This document shows, one piece after another, positions 1 through 9,105 of a stretch of 64,000 nucleotides of DNA. This stretch comes from an uncultured Candidatus Cloacimonadota bacterium (lineage in GTDB: Bacteria; Cloacimonadota; Cloacimonadia; Cloacimonadales; WRIO01), in NCBI GenBank assembly GCA_964573665.1, contig CAZNKI010000001.1, forward strand, positions 28,583-92,582, written 5' to 3'. Numbering within the stretch: position 1 is the first letter of the stretch; every line of letters starts with the position of its first letter. The position numbers and the translations under genes were made by a program. A model generated the notes under the pieces. It was not told the DNA's origin. It worked only from the letters and a program-made list of their open reading frames with translations, and ran no database searches.

Positions 1-548
1 TATAAAACCACCTACTGTATCGATATAAGGTATTTCAAACAAACGATAAATCAGTGATACTATCAATAGGCTAAAGGATAAGATAATGCATACTTTTGTG
101 CAGTTCGCATCAGCAAGAATTGCTTTGGAACTTAGAATCTTTCCTACTTTTATTTTTTGAGACATTAAGAAATACATTGTCAGGATAGATATCAGTGAGA
201 TCACTATACCTGCTACTGTAGATTCTGGTTGATTATGGGTGATGAAGAAATTCAACAAGCCACTGATGATTAAACTAAGTGATAAAAGAAAGAAGGCAAA
301 GGCCGTAATTCTGAGTGCTTTTTTTTCAAAGACCGTCTTTTTTTCGATTCCTTCTTTTTTAAAATTATATAACATGTGTAAAATCCCAAGTCCAGAGATT
401 ACTTCTACAAAACTATCGATTCCAAAACCTGCTAAAGCGATTGTTTCATCTTCAATACCGAAAGAGATGGATACAAGCCCTTCAACAATATTGTAAAGTA
501 TAGTAATCCAGGCTAAAATAATAGCTGTGTTAATTGCTTTCTTGTTCA
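1..548 (-). CDS. Cation-diffusion-facilitator-like membrane transporter (N-terminal part; 3' end lies outside the window)
   Basis: Hand translation of the minus strand from ATG 548-546 stays open to position 1: MNKKAINTAIILAWITILYNIVEGLVSISFGIEDETIALAGFGIDSFVEVISG...KAILADANCTKVCIILS... It has several hydrophobic helices, and its GFGIDSFxEVISG and ADAxCTKVC blocks match a CDF-type cation transporter subfamily from memory. It is absent from the ORF track because it has no in-window stop. The + ORF 239..496 is its antisense shadow. Confidence 0.6.
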
Positions 549-549
549 T

Positions 550-1086
550 TTATTTGACCAATGCAGAGATTTGCTTAAAGTTTGGATGTTTCGCATCATT
601 TACGAGTTCGAAGAGTAACATTTCCGTATTGATCATTTCTACGCCATTTTGGATTAAACGTTTAATAGCAATTTTTTTGTTATAATCCTTACGAGAAGCC
701 ACCGCATCACAAACATAGAATACCTGAAATCCGGCTTCAATTGCATCAAGAGCAGATTGTGTCAGACAGATGTGTGCTTCAATACCATACAGTATAAGTG
801 ATTTTTTATCTAAAGATTTTAGATAATCAGAGATTTCTTTAGTAAAAATACTAAATCTAGTTTTCTCAAAATACTTGTAATGATCGGGTAGATAAATCCG
901 ATCTATCGTTTTACCTAAACCTTTAGGATATTGTTCTGTGACAAGTAGAGGGATATTCAATATTTCACTGGCTTTATTCAGCATTGATGAATGGATAACG
1001 ACATTTTCAATATCAGGAATTGCTTTTTCAAACTTTTCCTGAATATCAATCATAATAAAGAGAGATTCTTCAATTTTTAAGCGCAT
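550..1086 (-). CDS. Isochorismatase-family (cysteine) hydrolase
   Basis: 178-aa ORF with an N-terminal LFIMIDIQEKF strand and an ILYGIEAHICLTQSALDA block, typical of the isochorismatase/nicotinamidase fold. Confidence 0.7.
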   Translation of the reverse strand: MRLKIEESLFIMIDIQEKFEKAIPDIENVVIHSSMLNKASEILNIPLLVTEQYPKGLGKTIDRIYLPDHYKYFEKTRFSIFTKEISDYLKSLDKKSLILYGIEAHICLTQSALDAIEAGFQVFYVCDAVASRKDYNKKIAIKRLIQNGVEMINTEMLLFELVNDAKHPNFKQISALVK

Positions 1087-1098
1087 TATTACTCCTTT

Positions 1099-3969
1099 TT
1101 AGAACTCATTAGCACCGAATGGTAAACTGAATAGATAATATTCATTTAGTTTCTTACCTTTAAGGTCATAAGCAAAACCATATTTTGCCAAGACATTTAA
1201 TCCAAACAAATTGACTTTGCTTTTAAATTCATAACCCATCGCTTTATATTCTGTTTCTTTATTTTGCATATCGACTTTCCATAATTTTGTATAATCAAGA
1301 AATGCACTTACTGCTACATAATCAGAAATCAGGAAAGAATCAGTGAGCTTGAGACAGATTTCATTTTGATTGTTCAATAATCTTTTAGCGGTATGATTGT
1401 TTTCATAACCTCTGATAAAGAAGCGATTAAAGGCGGGTGAATCTCCTGTCTGGAAATATTCATAAGCATCTGTTCCCGGCATAAACTGAGCCAAAGGATC
1501 ACCTGTAATACATTCATAACTTGCTGTATTTCTTATGGATAATGTTTTTAGTTGTTCTGCTTTAAACAGATATAAGAAAGGCGCGTAATTATTTTGGAAG
1601 AATGTACTATGTTGCGTAAAATTCATACTCATACCCAGTTTATCAGTAGCGTTGCTTACAGAATAATTGAGTTGCATACTTCTTACAGGATGAATCTGAT
1701 AATTTTTCCAGGGCAAGCTATACTTTAATTTTATAAATGCTTCAGTGTTGGCAAATCCTTTTTCTTCAAAGAGATTAAGTTCATTGTCTTTGTCTTTTGA
1801 GATATCTGAGTAATGTAAACCGAGTCCATAAATAAAGTTGGTGTATTGAATATTAGATTCAATAGGTACTGTCGCTGTCAAACTGACTTTTTTCATATCC
1901 TGAAAATAGAGTTTATCTTTGTAGTAGCCAGCTACCCATTTACTTTGCATTGCCAGAAGACTAATGCTTGGTGTGTAGTTATTATTCATATACATCAGCA
2001 TCCAGTAAGGGTCATTATCTGATGAATAGGGGATAAGACCAGTACCTGTAAGTATATGTTTACCTAATGCTTCAGAGAGAGTGAATGTCCCAAATATATG
2101 TGTATTCGTCGGGAATGCTAATCCTTGTCTCCATTTGATATTCTTGATGGCAGAATAATCTTTTGGTTCAGATTTCGAATAAGAGGCAATTGTTGTATTC
2201 AGCATATATTGTGGTTTTGTATCAATCCATTTTGTATAGTAGTTTTGATCGACTTTTGTGTCTTCAATATTTTTTTCTTTGATCACGGCTTTACCGATAG
2301 TAAATCCTCCACGATAATATTCATTCAATGCATAAGCAAAAGTGCTGTCATTCACTGTTTCAATTTTGAATGGATTCATATTAAATGGTGGGGTTTGAAA
2401 TTCTTTTAGTGATTCCGATTTTATATTATATTGAAAAATGCTTAATTGGTAGTTTACAGCATTTTCACTGGAGATAATTATTCTATCTTCTGATTCCCAG
2501 TAGAAGTTTTGGGGCATATAAGGCAGTTCTATAGCTGATACAGCGTTGTAATTAGTAAGATTATACACGATGATATGGAATTTTTGATTTTCATCAAAAA
2601 GTGAAATGGCCAGTAGATCAGAAGAGGGAGAAAGTCTGAGATCGCCAATCTGGTTTTCTTTATTAAAGCTTGATAGAAGAGATTCATTACCTAAAGGGCA
2701 AATATAGTAAATATTATTTGCATTTCTATCCAATCTTTGATAATAAACACCTCCTGCATTATCCACCTGAACATTATTTCCTTCACCGAATTTTCTTGTT
2801 TTTTGGGTTTCAGTGGAATAAAGAAATACCTGAGGAGCGAATCTTCCTTTTTCAAAGCGGCTATATCTAGAATAGGCGACCCATTCCTGATTATTGCTGA
2901 TTGAGATTGAGGAAAAGTTCCCTGATTTTGCGATAATTTGTTCTTTCTCAAAATAGAGGTTGTTTTTTGAAATGCTATCTGATTTAACATTCGCTAACAC
3001 AAGATTGTAAAAACCTTGATTAAGTGATTTTCTGCCAACAAAGAGAAATTTATCTTTTTCCCATATCATTTGTTTAAAATCTTTCCAATTGCTTTTAAAT
3101 TCATTGAGGCTATTGATCGTCAGATTTTTTGAGAAAGGATCATCATCTTTGAGTTTAAGATTAAATGCTTGGGCATAATAGTATGTATAAATATGTCTTC
3201 GCCATTCTTCAGAAAAGTCTTTGAAACTTTTATTATAAACTTTCTTAAAGGCATCTTCAAAATTGTAAAGAGATGATTTATTTCTAAACTGTAATAATTC
3301 CATAAGTTTATCTTCACCGTATTCTACCTGTAAGTATCTTACCATGGAAAAACCAGCGCCATAGTGTAAACCGCCTGCATACATTCCTGAAGGTTCTTTT
3401 TGTTTAAAAGAAAGTACGGAGGTTCTTAAAAAACGATCACCGCGATTGTAACCCCAAGGTTCGCCACTAAAAAACTGGGCGTAGCCTTCATTCAAAGTGC
3501 CAGGGAAGGAAATTGTAGTGATCGGCAGAACAGGATATAACCAATCTTTAATTGACTGAAATACAAACCAGTGAGAAGCTTCATGTGCAATGACTTTTCT
3601 TAACCATTTGTCATTTCCTGTAAATGATTTGAGGAAATCATTTTGATTGACCCAGACAAAAATATAGTGGGTTAACACAGCGGCACCGTTAGAGATATTA
3701 TCCTGGTCAGAGATGTAAATGATCATTTTATCTTTAGGAGAGAACTTATAAGATTTAGATAATGTATTAAAACTTTCCTGTGCTATATCAGCGCTTTGTA
3801 CAGCAAACTCATGAAGCGGTTCATGATAAACGATCTGACAATTTTCTGTTTCAATTGTTTTCCAATCAAGTTCAGGATGGTTTCTTTGGTTAAACAGGTT
3901 AAACGCACCAAAGGCATTGAGTTTTATGACAATGATCGTGAATAGAATCAGGAATAGTTTATTTTTCAT
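1099..3969 (-). CDS. Secreted HExxH (gluzincin, peptidase-MA-like) domain protein with a central beta-propeller-like region and a C-terminal beta-barrel-like region
   Basis: Long ORF. I place the start at ATG 3969 (MKNKLFLILFTIIVIKLNAFG signal peptide), 7 nt downstream of GGGAGA, rather than at 4002. Motifs are VIAHEASHWF (HExxH) followed by GTLNEGYAQF (third-ligand Glu). The C-terminal third has alternating hydrophobic residues and ends ...SLPFGANEF, like an outer-membrane barrel. Confidence 0.6.
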   Translation of the reverse strand: MKNKLFLILFTIIVIKLNAFGAFNLFNQRNHPELDWKTIETENCQIVYHEPLHEFAVQSADIAQESFNTLSKSYKFSPKDKMIIYISDQDNISNGAAVLTHYIFVWVNQNDFLKSFTGNDKWLRKVIAHEASHWFVFQSIKDWLYPVLPITTISFPGTLNEGYAQFFSGEPWGYNRGDRFLRTSVLSFKQKEPSGMYAGGLHYGAGFSMVRYLQVEYGEDKLMELLQFRNKSSLYNFEDAFKKVYNKSFKDFSEEWRRHIYTYYYAQAFNLKLKDDDPFSKNLTINSLNEFKSNWKDFKQMIWEKDKFLFVGRKSLNQGFYNLVLANVKSDSISKNNLYFEKEQIIAKSGNFSSISISNNQEWVAYSRYSRFEKGRFAPQVFLYSTETQKTRKFGEGNNVQVDNAGGVYYQRLDRNANNIYYICPLGNESLLSSFNKENQIGDLRLSPSSDLLAISLFDENQKFHIIVYNLTNYNAVSAIELPYMPQNFYWESEDRIIISSENAVNYQLSIFQYNIKSESLKEFQTPPFNMNPFKIETVNDSTFAYALNEYYRGGFTIGKAVIKEKNIEDTKVDQNYYTKWIDTKPQYMLNTTIASYSKSEPKDYSAIKNIKWRQGLAFPTNTHIFGTFTLSEALGKHILTGTGLIPYSSDNDPYWMLMYMNNNYTPSISLLAMQSKWVAGYYKDKLYFQDMKKVSLTATVPIESNIQYTNFIYGLGLHYSDISKDKDNELNLFEEKGFANTEAFIKLKYSLPWKNYQIHPVRSMQLNYSVSNATDKLGMSMNFTQHSTFFQNNYAPFLYLFKAEQLKTLSIRNTASYECITGDPLAQFMPGTDAYEYFQTGDSPAFNRFFIRGYENNHTAKRLLNNQNEICLKLTDSFLISDYVAVSAFLDYTKLWKVDMQNKETEYKAMGYEFKSKVNLFGLNVLAKYGFAYDLKGKKLNEYYLFSLPFGANEF

Positions 3970-4717
3970 GAGAATCTCCCTTTTTTTTCTTTTTATCTTC
4001 ATCTTTTATCTTAAAACCGAACCCGATATTTTTGTTAATGACGTGAATTCGGTTGAAAACAGCTTTGAGTTTATAAGCTACTGGTTTTGAAATGTTTGCT
4101 CTGAACAGGATACTAGAGAATAATTGTTCTAGGTTTTCTGTACCCGCATCCTTGAAATATCCTATGTTTTGAAGTACATTTTTAATATAATTGACTGTTT
4201 CATCAATCACTTCTTTTGAAGCTGATTTTTCTCTATATTTTTTACGATAAGTATGTGCGTAAAGCTCATAAAGAGTGACAGCTACGGATTGAGAGAGATT
4301 GATCGAAGGGAAGTTCTCATTAGCAGGGATATAACATCTCAAATGACATAAGGATGCTTCTTCATCCGTCAGTCCCCAGGTTTCTCTACCAAACACCAAG
4401 GCGATTTTTAAATGTTTTGAATGATGCACATAATCAGACATTTCAATCGGATTATAGTCTATTTTCTTTTTTCTGCCATAACGTCTGGTGAGGACAATAC
4501 TGCGGTCAATATCAGCTAAAGCGCTTTTTAAATCAGGGAAAATCTGGGCATTGTTCATAATCTCTTCAGAATGTACTGCCATAATCTGATCTTCTTTTTC
4601 TGGAATTTTTCCAACAATCCGCAAATTAAAGAAAGAGAAATTATGCATAATCCTAGAAACAGCACCGATATTTCCCCGATAAACGGGTTCAACCAAGATG
4701 ATATATACGTTATTCAT
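3959..4717 (-). CDS. SpoU/TrmH-family RNA 2'-O-methyltransferase (TrmJ-like)
   Basis: VYIILVEPVYRGNIGAVSRIMHNF, ALVFGRETWGLT and PSINLSQSVAVTLYE correspond to the three SpoU motifs. Confidence 0.75.
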   Translation of the reverse strand: MNNVYIILVEPVYRGNIGAVSRIMHNFSFFNLRIVGKIPEKEDQIMAVHSEEIMNNAQIFPDLKSALADIDRSIVLTRRYGRKKKIDYNPIEMSDYVHHSKHLKIALVFGRETWGLTDEEASLCHLRCYIPANENFPSINLSQSVAVTLYELYAHTYRKKYREKSASKEVIDETVNYIKNVLQNIGYFKDAGTENLEQLFSSILFRANISKPVAYKLKAVFNRIHVINKNIGFGFKIKDEDKKKKKGDSHEK

Positions 4718-4720
4718 CGA

Positions 4721-5416
4721 TTATTGGGTATCATTCAAGAGATTAAAAATCAGTTCTAAGTTGATTTTAAAGTGAACAAGAGAACCTGATATCACTTTAT
4801 AGTCATAGATCAAAGCGTTTTTTTTCATATATTGCAGTGCTGAGAACACCTGTTCGTAATTTAAAGAATGTACTTTTGAGAATTCTGAAATTGAGATTGC
4901 GATATCATCTGGAACTGACAGGTTTTTAAGGTTATTCATAAGCAGAAGGCTGGCGATTTTCTTTAAGACGATCTTTTCATTGAGCCGACTCATTCTTTCA
5001 TTCATCATTGTTAAGTTTTGTGAGAATGAACGAAAGAGGCGGTACATGAGGTCTGGAATCTGTAAGAGCGCATTGAGAAAATCCTCATTTGAGAACTCAG
5101 CAAGGACGCCGTTTGCTGTTGATTTAACCGACGCTGTTCTTTTTTTATCCAGAAAGAGCCCCATTTCACCGAAGATATCACCTTCTTTGAGTTGTGCAAT
5201 AATCACTAAATCAGTAAGAATATCTTTTCTAAACACATCCAAAGTACCAGATAGGACGATAAATACTTTATCAGAAGGTCCGCCTTCAGTGACTATGATT
5301 TCATCTTTTCTGACGACTTTCTTCTTGCTGAATTTCATAATAAAGGAGACTGTATCGTCATATTTTTTTGATGACAGATCTCCAATAATTTCATAAAGGT
5401 TTGTGGGCATATTCAT
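4721..5416 (-). CDS. Cyclic-nucleotide-binding-domain protein (Crp/Fnr-like)
   Basis: The block EGDIFGEMGLF...RTASVKS is the canonical cNMP-binding beta-roll signature. The C-terminal part could be a wHTH, but that is not clear by eye. Confidence 0.65.
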   Translation of the reverse strand: MNMPTNLYEIIGDLSSKKYDDTVSFIMKFSKKKVVRKDEIIVTEGGPSDKVFIVLSGTLDVFRKDILTDLVIIAQLKEGDIFGEMGLFLDKKRTASVKSTANGVLAEFSNEDFLNALLQIPDLMYRLFRSFSQNLTMMNERMSRLNEKIVLKKIASLLLMNNLKNLSVPDDIAISISEFSKVHSLNYEQVFSALQYMKKNALIYDYKVISGSLVHFKINLELIFNLLNDTQ

Positions 5417-5423
5417 CCTATTG

Positions 5424-5459
5424 AAAAATTAGCGTACCGCATCAAAGATACGGTACGCA
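5424..5459 (-). terminator. Rho-independent terminator after the FTCD gene
   Basis: GCGTACCG (5433-5440) pairs with CGGTACGC (5452-5459). On the minus strand the hairpin is followed by TAATTTTTC. Confidence 0.7.
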
Positions 5460-5466
5460 GACTCAT

Positions 5467-7131
5467 TTATAATGAGATTAAAATATCATTTTCAACTTTT
5501 AAAGCTAATTGGTTTATTTGATCAATTAATGATTGAGATTTAGTGATAATATCGTTTTTAAAGGCTTCATCATTAATACTTCCCATGTTGATTTTGATGT
5601 TGAGGAAAGCGGCTTTAGCTGCAGCATTTGCTGTGATTGCGGCTACACCTGCATCTGAAAGAGCGTTTTTATTGCCGATCTTTGCAATCTTTTCAGCAAG
5701 AATCACACAATCATTTGCAATTTCCAAAGTTTTGAATGGGATGAGAATAGCATTTTTTGTTGCTTCTTCCATCTTCGTGTTTCTCAATGCTTTTTCTTCA
5801 TCAGTGCTTTTTGGCAATCTCATGGCATCCATCATTTCATAGAAAGCTTGAGTATCATCATCGATTGCTCTAAGCGCTTCTGCTTTAACTTTTTGAGCAT
5901 CTTCAGCAATTGGTTTTGCCTTTTCCCAAACATTTTCATAACCTTTTTTATTGATGGTAAGGTTTGCCACCATTGCACTAAGTCCAGCTGACATTGAAGC
6001 ACATAAAGCTGCAACACTTCCGCCACCAGGAGCAGGAGAGTCTGTTGATAATTCGTCACAGAAACCTTCAAGCGTAAGATCAACCAATCTTTTTTCAGGT
6101 TGAATTGCATATTCAATAACTTTTTTATCAATATCAAAAGGTGCAAGTTCTGCTAGCCCCATTGACTGGATCGCTGTTTCAATGATCATACGATCAGGTA
6201 AACCTGCACTTTCGCCTAAGCGATTGAGGTAATATTTTCCTGCCATGATGATCGCATCTCTCGGGATCAGTCCAACAAGTTCGCTACCTGTTACCACTAA
6301 TCCTTTTTCTATTGCAAGTTCTCTAACTTTTTCGAGAACAAGGTGAGCAGGAGTGATATTATAATTGGTCAGATTCATACTGATCTGAGCACGATTGTAT
6401 TCATCAATATACCAGCCTACAGCTTTACAATGTTTGAATAAACCATCTTCAAACAGCTTTTCGCCATTTGCATCTTTCATGATTTTTCCATCAGCATCGC
6501 GTTTGAGTTTTCCTTTTTCACGAATCAGTTCAGCGATATCTTGAGCTTTCTTTTTATCTCTTGTATTCAGATTGATATTGTAAGCAATTAAGAATTCTCT
6601 AGCGCCAATTACAGTTGCGCCTGATTTTTCATTAAATGCGAAGGGACCAAAGTCAGGTCTCCAGTATTCATCTTTCATTTTGTCTGGTAAAGCTTCATAT
6701 TCGCCTTTTCTGATTTCAGCTAAATTGACTCTTTCAGGTTTTGAAGCAGAATATTCATAAAGATAAACAGGTATATTTAATTCTTCACCTACACGTTTTG
6801 CGAGCGTTTTTGATAGTTCGATACATTCTTCCATACTAACGCCAGTCACAGGAATGAAAGGGCAAACGTCTGTAGCACCCATTCTTGCGTGAGCACCGTG
6901 ATGTTTTGACATATCGATCAGTTCAGCTGCCTTTTTGATTGCCAGAAATGCTGCATCAACAACAGCTAAAGGTTCTCCAACAAATGTGAATACTGTTCGA
7001 TTGGTATCAGCACCTGGATCGACATCAAGTAAGGTGACATTTTTTACAGATTTAACCTGAGCTGCTATTGCATCTAAAATTGAACGGTCACGTCCTTCGC
7101 TGAAATTCGGAACACATTCGATGAGTTTCAT
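5467..7131 (-). CDS. ftcD: Glutamate formimidoyltransferase / formimidoyltetrahydrofolate cyclodeaminase (bifunctional FTCD)
   Basis: The N-terminus MKLIECVPNFSEGRD is the formiminotransferase signature. The C-terminal ~200 aa is an Ala-rich helical cyclodeaminase domain (DSPAPGGGSVAAL). SD GGAGGA lies upstream of ATG 7131. Confidence 0.9.
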   Translation of the reverse strand: MKLIECVPNFSEGRDRSILDAIAAQVKSVKNVTLLDVDPGADTNRTVFTFVGEPLAVVDAAFLAIKKAAELIDMSKHHGAHARMGATDVCPFIPVTGVSMEECIELSKTLAKRVGEELNIPVYLYEYSASKPERVNLAEIRKGEYEALPDKMKDEYWRPDFGPFAFNEKSGATVIGAREFLIAYNINLNTRDKKKAQDIAELIREKGKLKRDADGKIMKDANGEKLFEDGLFKHCKAVGWYIDEYNRAQISMNLTNYNITPAHLVLEKVRELAIEKGLVVTGSELVGLIPRDAIIMAGKYYLNRLGESAGLPDRMIIETAIQSMGLAELAPFDIDKKVIEYAIQPEKRLVDLTLEGFCDELSTDSPAPGGGSVAALCASMSAGLSAMVANLTINKKGYENVWEKAKPIAEDAQKVKAEALRAIDDDTQAFYEMMDAMRLPKSTDEEKALRNTKMEEATKNAILIPFKTLEIANDCVILAEKIAKIGNKNALSDAGVAAITANAAAKAAFLNIKINMGSINDEAFKNDIITKSQSLIDQINQLALKVENDILISL

Positions 7132-7350
7132 TCTTCCTCCATTGATTCTATTAATGAAATCTATTTTCTACATTGAATAATTTTTGTCCATAGTTTTTTT
7201 AATAACAAGAGCTTTGAATTATCAACGACCTTTCTAAAATCCATCCAACACATTGATTTTAACGACCAGCTCCGTTTTTTCGTAACACAACCAACCTGGT
7301 TGTGAACCGTAACGCGAGCTACCAGCTAGCGAAATCTTCTTTCTTGTTCT

Positions 7351-7699
7351 GCGAACATCCTTGTTTGCAGTACATGGTCAATAAATGATTCCTTAACAAC
7401 CATGGCAATCTGTTAGCTTGCTTTACGCGATACACGACCATCTCAAATCACTCCGGCACAAATATTTATACGAGCAGCTCCATTCCCCTCTGTGGAGGGG
7501 TGGACGCGTTAGCGGACGGGGTGGTCATGGAAAAAGTGCATCTTTTTTTGATGCCAGTAGTTCATCAAGGAGACCCCACGCTTCACGATGTTCCGCTCTG
7601 GGTGACAGATGATCGTTTTTGTAGTTTTGCCGGAATATTCCATCTATCGAAATCTCATACATCCCAAGGAGTGCACAACGAGAGCAATCTGTTTGCTCG
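7351..7699 (+). repeat. GC-rich structured element, copy A1 (candidate ncRNA or MITE-like repeat)
   Basis: About 349 bp and roughly 93-95% identical by eye to 9174-9521. It contains the 26-nt head CACGACCATCTCAAATCACTCCGGCA (7433-7458), the 46-nt GC core (7481-7526) with hairpin CCCCTC-TGTG-GAGGGG (7485-7500), and hairpin GCATC-T7-GATGC (7538-7554). TCCGGCA (head) is complementary to TGCCGGA (about 7630-7636). The ORF-track entries 7418..7612, 7500..7790 and 7609..7794 only translate this repeat. Confidence 0.7.
7403..7418 (+). promoter_or_regulatory. Sigma-54-like -24/-12 element (TGGCAA-N5-TAGCT) just upstream of the A1 head
   Basis: GG at 7404-7405 and GC at 7416-7417 are separated by 10 nt, as in the TGGCAC-N5-TTGCW consensus, with two mismatches to that consensus. 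The equivalent sequence in the other copies has AG instead of GG, so only this copy looks functional. Confidence 0.25.
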
Positions 7700-7711
7700 C
7701 TTTACGGGATT

Positions 7712-7744
7712 GGGTAGGCAAAAACCTGTCCACACATTTTTTTT
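7712..7744 (+). terminator. Possible terminator after element A1
   Basis: GGGTAGG (7712-7718) pairs with CCTGTCC (7725-7731) with two G-U pairs. A 5-nt spacer and then T8 (7737-7744) follow. The geometry is non-canonical. Confidence 0.35.
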
Positions 7745-7806
7745 CACAACTATGCGTCTGTCAAAGATCATTTTCGAGCTGTTTTTTTGAATGATCAAAA
7801 TCGATC

Positions 7807-7840
7807 AAAAAAAAACATGCCCCTCTATATATATAGGGGA
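7807..7840 (-). terminator. Possible minus-strand terminator (GC-clamped AT hairpin plus T9)
   Basis: Minus strand reads CCCCTATATATATAGAGGGG-CATG-TTTTTTTTT. It lies about 118 nt downstream of the small minus-strand ORF 7958..8110. Confidence 0.35.
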
Positions 7841-7957
7841 TCCTTCAAGCTATAAAGTATTTTAAAAGTATGACTTTTATGCATTCTAACTAAATGTAAA
7901 ATAGTCTGATGCAAAAAAAGTAAAAAATGAAATAATGATTTTTTTTTGAATGCATAT

Positions 7958-8110
7958 TTAGGCGTTATTGTTTATGTTAAAGAAATAAAAAATGACAGTA
8001 TCGTTTATTCTGCTTATACAGCTCAAGCTTATTAATCTCTCCGTCTCTTTCTTCTTGCGGATCTGATCCTCCTCGTAGGAAGTCAGTTCAGAAGTTTCAT
8101 TGCGAAACAT
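7958..8110 (-). CDS. Unannotated 50-aa ORF between the 22-bp array and the putative terminator (hypothetical; possibly a gene remnant)
   Basis: Hand translation gives MFRNETSELTSYEEDQIRKKKETERLISLSCISRINDTVIFYFFNINNNA. The first ~30 codons have coding-like composition and the rest is AT-rich. There is no clear SD, and the ORF is below the 60-aa track cutoff. Confidence 0.2.
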   Translation of the reverse strand: MFRNETSELTSYEEDQIRKKKETERLISLSCISRINDTVIFYFFNINNNA

Positions 8111-8327
8111 GCTAATCTTGTAATTTCTCAGAGATTAAATTACACATTTATCAAAAAAACATTTTACTAAACAAACATCTTCTGAATAAAAATCAAAAAA
8201 ATCTTCTTTTAAATCATCTCTCCATCATTTCCAAAATATTGGCACTCTTTTATACGTTCATCTTCTTAATCTTATCTTCTGATCGAGAGAAGAGATCTTA
8301 TTGGTGATTGATTGATAATAAGGATTT

Positions 8328-8635
8328 GACATTTTGTCACATATGAAGTGACATTTTGTCACCTATGATTTAACATTTTGTTCAGTATGATGCGACATTT
8401 TGTCACTTATGATTTAACATTTTGTTCAGTATGATGTGACATTTTGTTCAGTATGAAGTGACATTTTGTAACCTATGATTTAACATTTTGTTCAGTATTA
8501 TGCGACATTTTGTCACCTATGATTTAACATTTTGTTCAGTATGATGCGACATTTTGTTCAGTATGATTCGACATTTTGTTCAGTATGATGCGACATTTTG
8601 TCAACTATGATTTAACATTTTGTTCAGTATGTTCA
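8328..8635. repeat. Tandem array of 14 x 22 bp (iteron- or operator-like)
   Basis: Unit starts at 8328, 8350, 8372, ... 8614 have exact 22-bp phasing. Consensus is RACATTTTGTYMASTATGATKY. Two unit types occur, GACATTTTGTCACCTATGATTT and AACATTTTGTTCAGTATGATGC, often alternating as a 44-bp super-repeat. The invariant core ACA-TTT-TGT is a dyad, extended to GTGACA-TTT-TGTCAC in type 1. Confidence 0.95.
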
Positions 8636-9105
8636 TGAAATTTATTATGATTTTTAATAAAAAAATGGGATATTCAAAGAATAAAAAATATAAAATTATT
8701 TAGTTTTACTAGAAAACTGCGTTCAATCTGATCCTGATTTTCATTTCTATCACCCCTAAAAAGGTTATGATTTCTACGTTTTAATAGAGCTTTTTATCTA
8801 TGAGTTTCATAGGAACGGTAGATGATTAACACAGGCTGTGAGGACTGTGAACATGATCTCAGAAAAAGAGCGCCATCAGTACAACACCGAAATTCAGTCA
8901 TATTTTTCGTAAATATTTTATATTTTCTGCATCAAAGAATTTATAAGATATATAAAATAAATAGCTGAACCGAGAGCAAGACGGCAGTACTAAGAGCGTA
9001 TGCCTGAGCTGAATTAGCAAAATTGGTTATTTTTTATCTCAAAATGGGTGTCTGGAGATATTTGATATCAAGTATTTTTTCTGTTTCCTGTATCTAAGAA
9101 TTTAA

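Noticed and set aside
239-496. 85-aa + strand ORF at the window start, and the many 60-140-aa ORFs antisense to or out of frame within long genes (e.g. 2125..2409, 4980..5396, 5543..5842, 21236..21502, 22772..23065, 54995..55273)
   Set aside because: They are shadow ORFs inside strongly supported genes. They show low-complexity or hydrophobic mirror composition and have no SD.
7260-7745. Known housekeeping RNAs (tmRNA, RNase P RNA, SRP RNA, 6S RNA, tRNA) in the GC-rich blocks
   Set aside because: The signature strings I know are absent: the GAGGAAAGTCC P4 motif of RNase P, the tRNA-like GGTTCGAATCC...CCACCA end of tmRNA, and the SRP GGAAGCAGCCA-type domain IV. Duplication in both orientations also argues against a single-copy essential RNA. 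Only an Infernal/Rfam scan can settle this.
8328-8635. CRISPR array interpretation of the 22-bp repeats
   Set aside because: The units are directly abutting with no unique spacers, and no cas genes are nearby.
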